Assembly (NCBI GenBank): GCA_965285935.1
Contig: OZ260661.1
Span: 112,530,001-112,594,000 of the forward strand
Source: Ophelia neglecta
Lineage: Eukaryota
DNA length: 64,000 nt
Reading direction: 5' to 3'
Part shown: positions 52,001-64,000 of the stretch, in pieces
Layout: every line of letters starts with the position of its first letter
Position numbering within the stretch: position 1 is the stretch's first letter
Notes under the pieces: model-generated
The model's input: only the letters and a program-made list of their open reading frames with translations
What the model was told of the DNA's origin: nothing
The model's database searches: none
Program-made: the position numbers and the translations under genes

Positions 52001-55000
52001 TGTGTCCAGGTACCGCTTCGCTTAATGTCTGCTTTTTCGTATTTGATCTTTCCAACCATTTCATATATCATGTGCAGTTGGCATTCCAAAAGTGCACCAC
52101 GACTCGTAAAAGTGAAAAATTAAGAAAGAGAGAAATTGGATTTGCATTTGCAGGAAGTTTGGTGGTGATTAATGTCCACTAAGTGATCTTACGTTCACAT
52201 GGAAGGTCTCTGTGTGTTCTGGTGAACCCTCCGAGACACTGACACCTTCCCTCGCCGTTTACCTCTACACACTGTGTGTTGGTGTCGTTTACACAGTTCT
52301 GTTTGGTCTGGTTGGTGAGGTTACACCAGGCGCCGAGGGTTTCCTCCCGTGGGATATATGGAGGAAGCTTGGGCCCTGTTAGACAGAAGAAAATAAGTTT
52401 AACCAGTGTGGCCAAAGACAAGAGTTGTCTTCATTGCTAATCTATAATATGACACCTGTTATACTCAGGTACGCCACTTAAAATAAGATACTCCCATGCT
52501 TTTCCAGTGTATTTCTTATTAATGATAGTAAATTGTATTAACCTATACTATTGTTTTAATAAAAAAAAATACACAATATATCTTTCTCAAAATGCTACCC
52601 ATTAAAATTAATGATAACCCAAAAATACCAAAGTGGAACTATTTTCATTTTATGACAAATGTATATCACCATGATTAATTAATCTTGTTTTAGAGGAGTA
52701 AAACGCACCGCGTATGTTTCAGGGCGCAGGTTACCACAAAGGAGATATGATCTAGGTCAATCCTATAAAACTTTTTCGTTTTTACTGGAACTGGAGTTCT
52801 TTTCATTACAATATTTTTATTCACAATAGACTCACTGGCTAAACACATTGTGCGGTTTTCGCTAGGGGCGAAACCGTAAGAGCAGATACATTCTCCGGCG
52901 GTAGAGTTGAGGCTCAGGGCACACTCGCTATTGTTAACTGCGTCATAACAGTCCAAGTAAGTCTCACAGGTACTACCTATTTCTCCTGAAAAGAGCCGTA
53001 CAAAACACGAGTCAATAATTATATGGCAAAAAAAGAAAGTATACAATATTTAATTGTACAAAAAAAATGCACACAGCCTGTTCTAGAGAGGGGTATTGGG
53101 AAGGAATCCAAAGGGAGAAATATAATAGGTAGAACGTGATGCTGAGAGTAATCTCTAGCAACTAACTTGCTGCAAGTGCTCTAACAATGTGATATGATCT
53201 ATTGCAACAGCTATTTGAATCTTGGCTGGATATAGTCTATCTTTAATGTTAGTCGTTTGACCTTCCTCGATCCTTCAGTAACAACCAACAGCTGACTTCC
53301 CCATCAATCCACTGGTAGTTACGTTTGCCAAATTATATTCAGTATTATTCTCCTGAGCCCGAGATGATGCTCAGCAATCCCTTGCATCGGGTCTAACTTA
53401 GGTTTACCCATTACTCATAAAAAGTGGAAGCGTCTGGAAGCACTTTTGAGTTTTGATAAATGCCTACGGCAGGCCCGCAATCATTCTACGATGTCCAGAA
53501 ATGGGGGTTATCGTATCGGTGTTCCTCTCTCGACACCATTGCAATCAGTGACTTCAAGGGATTCCCCAAATTCAGTTAATGACCCTTCAACCTTTTTTTG
53601 CGGTGTGTGTATGGGGGGGGGGGGGGGGGGGGGGCTTATAATTGCGGGGAATATTTGGTAAACCCCTCCACTCTGCCACGGCAACGCAACTACCCATATA
53701 TACTTGGTTGTAAATAAAAAAAGTAAACCTGTTTGTATCGAGTGCGGCAAGGTTAATGCATCGTATTTGCTTGGAATAATGTTATTCGAAATTACAGGAC
53801 ACATCAAGGCAAAAAACTAGGTTTTCTATAATATTTTTATCGCTTAACAATTCGTGATGTGCCTAGATCAACATACATCTTTTAATGTCGTATGTTCGCA
53901 ACTATAAATTAGTCGAAATACAACAAGCAGAACCCGTTGATTTGAACCAGAACACATTTAGGCCGTATTACTCACTGAGGTAACAGCCAACAGAAGAGGA
54001 GTTCACTGCGAAACCAGACGGACATTGGCACGTGTGGTTTAAGCAGACGCTATAGGTCAGTATGGAGTTACAGTCACTATCGATGCCACAATGATCTCCG
54101 AGAATTCCTGGAAGTAAAGGCTGCTCAGTGTAACACGAATTATATCTGCAGGGGCAGTGAGAAGACTGAACAGCAGAGCACAAATGTTAAAATTACAAGC
54201 TGGCAAAAGACACGAGTCTATTTATTATCAAGTGATGCCTCGACTGTCATAAAGTAATATTAACGTCAACATCTGTATGCAATATCTACATTTCTTGATG
54301 AGGCCACCGGGAATACCATATCGTTTGTTCTAATCTACGACTTCGCAGAATAATAAAAATACCATAACATTTGAGTTTCTTGTGATACAGAAAATGAATA
54401 ACATACGGGCAGTGCAGCCGGAGAAATCTGTTGTTGCGTAATATCCGGGCGAGCATGCGCAGTACATCTGGTCACATACGGAATTACTCATGGCGGCCGA
54501 GCAATCTAAATCTATGGCACAAAAGTCTGTGATCTTTCCTGCAAAGGAATTGTTTAGTTACATGACAATCTCGTTCAATGGCGATGAAATAGTACATTGT
54601 GATGTTAACTTCGGTTTTTAACATATTTTCGACATATTTTGATATCCTTTCCCATGTATAATTTCAAACCAATAATCTCAATTATGGTGCCTAATTGAAT
54701 AATAGATATATATATAAATATCAAGATTCTAACCGTGTATCTTTACTATTTTATGTAAGTGACACTATTGAACAGTTTAAAAGTCAGAACTGGCTTTAAT
54801 ATAAAGTGATTGATCGATATACTAACAGATATTCGCCAAAATACTAGACTATCTTGTAGATGGAAGACTGTCTTAAAATAACATGAAAACTATATAAATA
54901 AAATTTTTACTTTTACCAGCTGCATAAAGTCTGGAGACTAGTTGCGCGAAAAAAACTACTCGTAGCATCAAATATGTAATCTATGCATGTGTGACGCGCT

Positions 55001-58000
55001 CACATGGTGAACGCTGATTGGCCCAGAAAGCCAATGACGCTTGGCCTGCTTTCGGCGATGACGTCACCACCAGAAGGCAGAGGCACCCAGGGACACAGTG
55101 CTCTGGCAAAAAGCGTCACTTGCCTTCGGGTTTAAATAGGGCAAACGTCATACATAGCAAACCAATTAGAGGCAGCCGTTTTTAAACACACCAATTACAA
55201 ATAGGCAATATGTGCGTCAGCAGTAGCTTGTGCACACTGTTTTCTAGTAACGTATGATTTAAAACCTTTTTTTTGAAAGCCTCCAGACTCTATGTGGCTG
55301 GTATAAAGCCACGTTGTAAATCGTAAATTTAATCAAAAGAAGAACTTACTATGGCCTGACTATACGCAGTAAGCTAGACTGTTGAAAGTGAGATGGATGG
55401 AAGTAATATTAGTTGTGTTAGGTATAAACAGATCCAGGCCTTCCTAGAATTAAAGACACGTGTTCAAATCGAAATGTGTTACAGTAGATGAAACAAAATG
55501 TGCAATGTGAATCAGGTTGAAAATATGTTCAAGAGATTTTATTTGATGTTGAGACTATCGAAACATCATGTATATATGTTGGTGGTTATTTTTGGGTGTA
55601 TCACCTCATGTACACGAGAATACTTTTGTTTTTGTGTGTGTGTGTATATTTTCAAATTTGGGACGGCACAACCAGATCAAAGACTTGATTCGAAGATAAG
55701 CTATGCAGATGTTTTCATGACAAACTTAATGGTGTACAATTTCCGACTTGGCTTTATTTTGATTGAAATTCTCAAATGATGGCGTTTGATGGCGTCATAA
55801 AATAAGGTTATAGCCAACTAGCAAGAGATTATTTAAACCTGAATCTTTGATGCATCCGCTGGCAAAATTATTTATAAACAGGCTTGTCTTTCAGATGAGG
55901 TGGCTTGTTTTGCAGGCCAGTTGCAGGTAAACAGGATATTGACATCTGAGCACGGAGATGGCGGGCTCAATGCGTAGACAGAAGGCGCATTTACAGTAGT
56001 TTTATGTGTCCCACAACAGCAATACTCGGTGTTTGGTAATAAAAAAAGGAACTTGCACGAGTGATCAATAGGTTTTTGGCTAATAATTAGGCAATAAATC
56101 CATCGTCTAAAGTGCCTGACTTTCCTTGGGCAGTTTTTTTCCTGCTAAACCATGCACCGGAGTCGTCCTGCTGGGATGAGGGTTGACCGGAATTGCGCAC
56201 AGGTAGACATTCTCATTTCATGCTAAGGTGCACTTATTTCGAAGGTTTCAACAGATTACATGCTACAGGTGCATTTCGTTTACCCAGATCATACATAACC
56301 TATATGTACTCCTTAATGACACATACACTGCTTTGATCTGGGGCCTGCATCCTTGAAAAATGACGCAGGCATGTCTCACGAAAGTCGTTCGTGAAGAATG
56401 ATCTTTGCTCATCACAGATTAACTGCCTTATCAAAAGTATATCTGGTTCCAAGGGGATTAAAGCCAAATCAGACGAGCGAGCATAACTGACTTTATTCGT
56501 ACCAGTCCTCCACCTAGATATATGATGACCTGCCAAAAAGCGCATTTGTTTACTCATAGCCTATATCGATACCTGCGAAGAGCTAGGCATTTCAGTGTTA
56601 CTTTCAATTGGCTAATCAGTCTCTTGTTTGAATTATACAATAACTACTGTGTAGTTTGTGTACACCGCGTTAGCTTCTCTTACAATAAGATAGAGAAGTC
56701 CGGAGCGAGATTTATGAAAACCAATAAGTGGTTACAACCTAGGAACCGGGTATATTAATTGCTTCTCTTACCCTGGGTTTTCATAACTCACACGCTTAGA
56801 TAAGGAGTAACTTAAGAACTCGCGAGTGAATTTTTGAGTCTTCGAACAAACATGGGCTGGATTGATTGACTTTGCTAGGATGTCGGGTGTGGATAGCTAA
56901 TAGTTTGACTGGTGTCTTGTCTTGCCTTGGGGAAAAATCTGCAGGCTATCAGCGAAGTCTGCTTCAATACTATCAAAATAACGCAGGGCTGCGTATTAAT
57001 GGATGCCACGCGGGGAGAAAGCTTCTAACCGCATGCAGCGCTTGCGCTAATGCCTACCCCAGGTAAAAAACGGACCCACTTTTGCTGATAAGCAGATCCG
57101 CTGGCGAAAAACCGGGCACTCTTTCGACAGTTCGAGTGTATAGACGTGACGTTATACAAAGGGTACTTCGGAGAAAGGTTTCTTGTTTCGATTGTTAGGA
57201 TCTTTAAACGGAAGGTGCGTAGACACTCAAGTTGATGCCAATTCACTGGGATACTTTTACTTTACCAAATATTTCTCAAGTTTTCGGCTTTGGTACAAGG
57301 GAAAGAAATAATTGCCATCTGAAAAAAAGGAGGGAAATGACCGAACTATATAAGACTCATCGATGAATGGTTTCTCCGGAACTGAATGAAGGTGAGAAGT
57401 AGATATTCAAGAGGAAAACTTCCTCGATGGATGATTGTATTTGCTGTTAGTTTTTATTCACACTATATTTTTCCTGTTGGGGACTGATGTAGTTTATATC
57501 TGAGATTGGCCGTGTATCTGTATATACGCTACACACCAAAGAGTAATATAAAGCTAATATCACATGGGATATATCATCGATTGTTCAAAATACAACATGA
57601 AATTCAATGTTCAACAGCGGTAAATATCACAGTAGAAGTTTTCTTGATATCGATAGTTGATAGTTTTCCACACGGTAAAATAAGAAAATATGCCTGTATG
57701 AATTGCCTATATGTGTACCGTGCCTATATGTATTGATGTCTTGACGTTTTCTCTTTTCAGTTTATTTTGCTATTAAGTAGTTTGTTAGTTAATACTGAAA
57801 TTTTTTATACTGTCGCCGGAAATAAAGAATAATGAAAATTAAGAGAATCACGAGCAAGGCGATAACGATGATTTCTACAACGAGAATAGTGACGTCACGG
57901 AAATCTGTGTTCCAACAGTGAGTAAGATCAGTGCTGTCCCAGTAACCTAAATCGCATGCGCAATGACCAAGCTGGCAATGACTGTTTGACATAGCATAGA

Positions 58001-61000
58001 CGCAGTCCTCATGCTTCCAACATTTGTCTCCTAGTTTTCGAGTAAAACAATATCTTCTGGTTTCCACTGTGTATCTTCCTAGCTTGCAAATGCATGTCTT
58101 ATTCCCACCACACTCGCTGTCATGTACTAGACAGTCCAGATTGTCTATGCAGTTCTCTCCAATTTGCCGAAGAAGACACATTGTCGTATTTACATAAATC
58201 CTATATCCTCTATCGCAGGCGCATTCACCCTGGTAACAAGAACTATGGCGTACACCCCAGCATTCGTGTTGGTGTGTGCAACCTTCCCCTAGTTCTCCTG
58301 AAACAGCAAGTGACGTCAAAAGTAAAATAAAATGGATGCCTACCATTCACTCGAGGCAGTGGCCAAGACACAGAATCTCGTGACGTAATAAGAATTAGTG
58401 ATAAGCTGACGGAAGAGGGCAGGGAGTTGCCATGCAGTTCCGGTCCTTATCTAGATCATGCAGAAGGAGTTAGGTATCATGGTACAGGATCTTGAAAGGA
58501 CATCAAACCACGATAACGGACAACTTACGAGCGACACATGGCAGCAGACACAGAGAATACTTATCTAATATATATACTAAACTAATTCTATCAACATAAA
58601 TTCAAGTCACTATATTTATCAAGTTCATATCAAAGCCTATACCTCATAAATTATGGTTCTTGTTGCCGCTAACCTTATTATCACTATTTTCTGGGTAGAT
58701 ATATACGTTTTTTTATCGGTGTCATCCAACTAGAAGTTGCTTCTCATTGGTGTGTTTCGTTCCAGATCGTGGTTGTTGTGATAAGATGTGTGACCGACAG
58801 CCTGGAAAATCGCACGGTAATGCCCTGCCCAGGTTTGTAATGTCAGTATCGCCACCGGAGCCATATGTTCGGTGGAAATAAATGTCCAATATGCATTTGC
58901 CACGGATTGCATATTATTAACTAACAAACTTGTATTCAACAAATAAAGTTTCATGAAAATGTCGAGTTTGTCTTTTGTTGCTTTGATGATGGTGTTCATA
59001 TTTAATGGAGAAGCTTGTTGTTAGCCTAGAAAGCGTAGTTTTATGGACTCCCTGTGCAGATATAGTGGATCATTGCTCAAATTTTGGCTGCAGTGAACGC
59101 ATAGTTTAAATCCCTTCACCGAGATTTCGTATGTAAAAATGTGAGTTTTGGTGTTCCTTCACGTGGTGATGACCTGCTCAGAAAGTAGTGCTTTTGATAG
59201 GTGAAGAGAAAGATGACTGGGAAAGAAATCCTCAAGTTAGTGATTCTAAAAAAAGAAACCACCATTAAGGAGATCACGGTAACCGACCCCTGATTTGAAA
59301 GAGACTTACGTAGTAAACATGTAGTGTTTCCTTCCGATTTGAAGCCGGAAGTGCAGTTACATGTTCCGCTGATGCAGTCTGTATGATTCATAGCGCCTGC
59401 GCAGTCCAAAGTACCGTTGCAGGAGTCTCCAATTTGACGTAGCTCACAATTCGTTCCATTGGCAGTTGACCTATGACCTTCAAGGCAGACGCAATGTTCA
59501 GCTTGGCATGCACTGTTTTCAATAGTCGCAGTGCAGTCTATTTCTGCAGCACAGTTGTCCCCAACGACATTTACTATACAAGTGTCAGCAGCTATGGCTT
59601 TATGTCCAATGGAGCATACACAAATCGAGTTACTGCAATTGCTATTTGAAATTGCAATCTGGCACTCCTGGGCAGTAGTACATATATCGCCAATAGTATT
59701 GAGTTCACAACTAGAGTTGTCGTAAGTAGGTTTATAGCCGGAAACGCAGCCACATATGCCGTTATAGCAAGTCCCATTGTCATAGGCCAGACTGCATTCA
59801 GTCGACAACTTGCAAGTGTCGCCAACCATTTTCAGTTGGCAAGAGTTACCAAGTTCATTTGGCTTATAGCCTAAACGGCATTTACAGACGTTAACTTGGC
59901 AAAAGCTATTCTGCACTGCGCCCAGACAATTCATCTCCGTGTGACACGAATCTCCGATCGTATTCAGGGAACACGTGGTGAAGTTATGAGTAGGTTTGTA
60001 AGCTGTGTTACACACACATGTCGTGTTTGAACAATTACTACTTGGTATAACTGCTGAGCAATCTGACTCCAACACACAATTGTCATCACCAATCATTCTA
60101 GATGTGCAAGTAGTGTTTTCGAGTGTTGGATAGTATCCAATGACACATTTACAAGTTCCCATAAGACAATAACTTCTGGCGACAGCTTCGTCACAGTCTG
60201 CATCGATCTCACAAGTATGGTCACCAATCTTCCTGAGAGTACATGTAATATTGTCCGAACTTCCGCTAAAGCCTGTTGTGCAGGCGCATGTTGAGTTAAT
60301 ACATATGCTATTGTCAACATTCCCACAGTTTATTGAAGTTCTACATGTATCGCCCAATTTTCGGGCTAAACAAGTAGTATTATCATCTGATGAGTAGTAA
60401 GCAGAAGTGCACTCACAAGTTCCGTTTAGGCAAAAGCTATTGTTGACGGCGGCGCTGCAATCCGTCAACATCCTACATGTTTGGTCGCCTATCTTTCGTT
60501 TCATACATGTACTGTTGTCATTGGTCGCCTGATGGCCAGTGTCACAGGCACATTTCTGGGTAGAGTTTTCGCAATTAGAATTTTCAATAACGGCCACACA
60601 TTCCAAATCAGAGAAGCATGGGCCTTGGCCTATGGTCATCGCCTTACATGTATCATTGTCGTCGGATGGTTGGTAGCCGACCGCGCATGTGCAAACACCA
60701 GAAACACATCCACTATGGTTCACTACAGCCAAGCAATCGATGTGGGTCGTACAGGTTGGGTCACCTAGTTTGCGTTTTGAGCAAGTAAATCTGTTCGCAG
60801 ACGCCTGGTATCCCAGAATGCAATGACAAGTAAAGTTAGTGCAAATGGTATTATTTAATGCTGATTCACATTCCGAATCAGAATGACATGAGTTTTGATC
60901 TCCAAGTTGTGTACGTTTGCATTCGGTGTTGTTTGCAATTGGGTGGTATCGAGGAAGACACACACATGCGTTGTCAGAACAAGTGCTATTGTCCATACTA

Positions 61001-63851
61001 TATGAGCAATCGGTCTCAACAGAACAGTTATCACCAATCTTTCCTGCAACCAAATTCAAATGTACCTTTTGAATACAATAAAAAGTAATATACAATGTGT
61101 TAATGCTAGTGAGGTGGGAAGAAATGCTTTGTTATAATTGTGTTTGTCATAGGCATTGGCGTGAACATATTCGATATGTACGATTGAGGGGAAATCAAAT
61201 AAAGTAAAGATATTTTCAAATTTAGATCTATTGAACCTTGGATGAAACAAACATGTGGCCAGTTGTCAGTAAACACTTAATTAGTCACGTTCGATACATA
61301 AGAATTATGTTGTCACTGCACACATTAACAAGTAAGTTTTATTTCCGGAAACAAATAAATTTGTTTATTCTATGTCAACATCTCGATCATACCTACATGT
61401 TAGGTTAGAGACGTGCTACTCCTGAAAGGTTAATACACCCTACATTAAGTTTATTAGAAAGTGACTATTTTCACTCTGTTTTGAAAGTTTATTAAAATTA
61501 ACTTACGCCTAATGCAGATGGTAAGTTCCCCATTTGAGTAGAATCCTCTGCTGCAGAAACAGGTGCCATTAGAACAATGGCTGTTCGCAACTGCATCCGA
61601 GCAATCTGAATCAATTTGACATGTATCGTCTCCTATTTTTCTTCTCTTACACGCCTTATTATTTTCCGAGTTGAAACCAGAATCACATAAGCAAACATCA
61701 TTTTCGGAGCAATGGCTGTTCTCGATTGAATCCTGGCAGTCTGTTTGTAATGAGCACGGGTCATTTATATAAATTCTCTTGCACTCAGTGTTGTTGTTAA
61801 TTACCATGAATCCCGAGTTACAATGGCAAACGCCTTCAGTGCAGTTACTGTTAAAAACAGCAGCGCTGCAGTCGACATTTGCGACACAGGTGGCGTCACC
61901 TATCTGTCGTCTGACACATGTGGTGTTATCAAAACTAACTTGGTGACCGGCAGTACACACACAAGTGCCATTAGTACAGTTGCTATGAGATACAGCATCA
62001 TCACAGTCGACCTGAGTACTGCAGGTATTATCGCCTATTTTACGTCGATAACACGAAGTGTTGTACTCGTTGACATGGAAGCCAGAAATACACATACATA
62101 TACCGGCATCACAGAAACTGTTCGGCACTGCATAAGAGCAGTCATCATCTACAATACAAGTTCGGTCGCCGATTCTTCTCCGCCGGCACGTGGTGTTATC
62201 GTGCGACACCTGGTGACCAGGATCACAAATGCAGGTTCCATTAAAACACGTACTACTGTTCACCGCATCACTGCAGTCGGTATCTAACAAACACGTCTCG
62301 TCGTGTATCTTTCGGAGGACACACTCAGTTCCATTAGTCTCCGCATTGAATCCCGAGTTACACCAACAGGTCCCCTCTGTACAGTTGCCATTTGTAACGG
62401 CGTCGCTACAGTCTGCATCTATAGAACATGTGTTGTCACCTATCTTTCTTAGAAAGCAGACGGATCTGTCTTCACTGTGTTGGTAGCCGGATAGGCAGCG
62501 ACAGGTTCCGTTGTCACATCTGCTGTGTTGGACGGCGTCCGAGCAATCGCTATCCTGAAGACAAGTAGGATCCAGGATCCTCCCTGTAACGACGAGTCAC
62601 GTGGCTTTTAGTCACGTGCTGCTAACGTTGCGCCAATATGGTGGTGTTGTGTGCAAAATCAACCAAAGTGCTACTAGGGTTATTCAACGAAAAATGGTGC
62701 CTCTTACCAGCTAATAAACTTAAACCAGTGGCGTCAGTCTAAAGTAGCATCTAATAAATTAAATAATTAGGGTGTCAACAACTAAAAACCGTAGGCCTAT
62801 GCTTAAAGGAAATTAAATTGTGTAAGTTATTCTATCTTTGTGACTCATGCTGTGGTCAATTGTATTGCGACATGCCTGCGTGTATGACAATGGATTATCC
62901 CTTAACCACTGAAAACCAAAATTGCGATGTTTTCGTTAATAACCTACATCTACCATTCATACCAGTGTCCTTAATAATATTGCAGCTGAAATGCTAAATG
63001 CTAAATGCTAATGAAAGGTATCTTTAAATCTATGTTGGTTTTGTTCCGCGAAAGGGCAAAACAGGTGATTATGTAAAATTGAACGAAATCTATGTAGGCC
63101 CTATATAAATTTTACAAGCACATAGCATTAGCACATAAAAGCGAGAAGCATAATAATAATTATTTTGATATTTAGAATGGTGAGCACAGGCAACAGAAAT
63201 GCTGAAATAAGGAGTGCTGATCAGCTAGCATCATGCGACAAAAAATATTGATATGCATGTTAACGAAGGAGTGGAGGATACTCGACAGAATGCACCAAGC
63301 CAAGGAAAGGTGGCAGAGACAAATATCAAACTGTGACAAATTCAACGTTTATACAAAAGATTGGAAATTCGAAGTATTGTATCGATTTTAAAAACTTAAG
63401 TTTCATTTTACAAAGGTATTTTAAAAACATAAATTCTATAGATAGTAGCTAAAAATTATACAGAAGACAGGTGAACCTGGATTATTACTGACACTTTAAT
63501 ATAAACAAGAAAAAATTATTTTCATACAGAGACCTGGATGGAATCATATTATTCTCAAATTATTCTAAGGTTCATTACTGGATTCACTTTAATTTATGGT
63601 AGTTCCCCATTGATATATTATGCCATTTGTATTGCACATAAGCTGACAAGATATACATGAATTTGATTCACCTTTCTTCTTAAATAAAACTAAATTTATA
63701 CAAATATCTGTATACTCACGTAACACACATCGTTGCCTGTCTGGGGAGTGATAGAATCCAGAATTACATTGGCAATGGTGATTGGAACAGTTACTGTTTG
63801 GTATAACGGCAGAACAGTCCTCGTCGACCGAGCAGCTGTCTCCGACTATTC
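46066..63851 (-). CDS. Large type-I membrane glycoprotein: at least 24 six-Cys EB/EGF-like repeats, SEA-like domain, cbEGF, Ser/Thr mucin stalk, TM helix, cytoplasmic tail (5' end beyond the window)
   Basis: Phase-consistent exons 63851-63720 (1 repeat), 62583-61507 (8), 61043-59310 (13), 54107-53976, 52985-52836, 52375-52193, 51561-51434, 51270-51098, 51010-50946 (the last three SEA-like), 50703-50548 (DLIECD..C.N.IG.F.C.C cbEGF), 49394-48701 (S/T-rich), 48021-47987, 46688-46604 (TM LVIGVLSVIFSLLFLLLVVEIVW), 46380-46247, 46133-46066 (stop). AATAAA at 46023-46028 on the minus strand. The join from 59310 to 54107 is inferred. Confidence 0.75.
46900..47400 (+). mobile_element. Decayed non-LTR retrotransposon reverse transcriptase fragment
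   Basis: Frameshifted pieces FVDFFKAFDII, NTIGVNQG, LERVHLQYRKQELGAKSST..AIYGECG resemble LINE ORF2 RT and its C-terminal region. It lies antisense within an intron. Confidence 0.7.
48701..49394 (-). repeat. Three degenerate Ser/Thr-rich coding repeats of about 75 aa (mucin-like stalk exon)
   Basis: Recurring TT..ITVT..SKT..LDENTT.DYQTSS.RLETST.FEY.N.TG..Q.TS.R..S..SAQ. Confidence 0.8.
54914..55303. mobile_element. Non-autonomous TIR element with imperfect TIRs of about 26 bp
   Basis: TACCAGCTGCATAAAGTCTGGAGACT versus the reverse complement of AGCCTCCAGACTCTATGTGGCTGGTA. Confidence 0.65.
57025..57246 (-). mobile_element. Possible PIF/Harbinger transposase remnant
   Basis: FRL..ARFFASGSAYQ..GVGISASAAC resembles the Harbinger-transposase N-terminal LRF.ASGS.Q..G.S.S..C pattern. 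It is short and degenerate. Confidence 0.3.
57789..58297 (-). CDS. Exon with 3 EB/EGF-like repeats, a TM helix and a stop: alternative terminal exon, end of a separate tandem gene, or part of a 185-aa single-exon gene
   Basis: Phase-1 acceptor TTGCTGTTTCAG|GA at 58297 is compatible with the 59310 donor. Translation ends VTILVVEIIVIALLVILLIFIILYFRRQYKKFQY*. Confidence 0.8.
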
Positions 63852-64000
63852 CTGGGGAGTCACATGAGTAAAAGTACAACGATTAAAACAAAACTAGCAC
63901 ACTTTCAGCCAACTGCAAAGAGCAAGTTAGTTGTTCTATATTCAAGTGAAAATTTCTTCTTTTATTTCTTAGCAGATCAGGGGAGAGTGATTCTTGGAAG

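Noticed and set aside
2444-53634. Numerous poly-G/poly-C tracts giving poly-Pro/Gly ORFs
   Set aside because: Scattered homopolymers, often within MITEs or introns, with no coding support.
55350-55378. Micro-exon-like AG..GTAAGT segment on the minus strand
   Set aside because: The frames compatible with the neighbouring phase-1 exons contain stop codons.

Overview
AT-rich, intron-containing animal genomic DNA. The gene content (antistasin repeats, an IR-type glutamate receptor, tRNA-derived SINE, L2 LINE) suggests a lophotrochozoan invertebrate; this is inference. I reconstructed five spliced genes by hand from splice sites and reading phase. (1) A minus-strand GH65 glycosidase of the PGGHG/ATHL1 type that runs off the left edge. 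(2) A plus-strand divergent ionotropic glutamate receptor/IR of about 870 aa with a GC-AG intron. (3) A complete 4-exon theta/delta-like glutathione S-transferase. (4) A secreted protein of about 2,206 aa: signal peptide, 2 Kunitz domains, 60 antistasin-like repeats in one 5.9-kb exon, then a third Kunitz domain. Its predicted P1 residues are diverse and it contains a young 189/378-bp higher-order coding array. (5) A large type-I membrane protein entering from the right edge, with at least 24 six-Cys EB/EGF-like repeats, SEA, cbEGF, a mucin stalk, a TM helix and an RVxF-bearing tail, plus an internal second TM+stop exon. Introns and spacers hold a 2.4-kb foldback-like inverted repeat with a 42-bp minisatellite, an L2 LINE interrupted by a TTAA-flanked element, a SINE with a 10-bp TSD and several MITEs. 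There are no CRISPR, rRNA or prokaryotic features. The most striking system is the Kunitz-capped 60-repeat antistasin 'inhibitor library'. Novelty cannot be confirmed without database searches.
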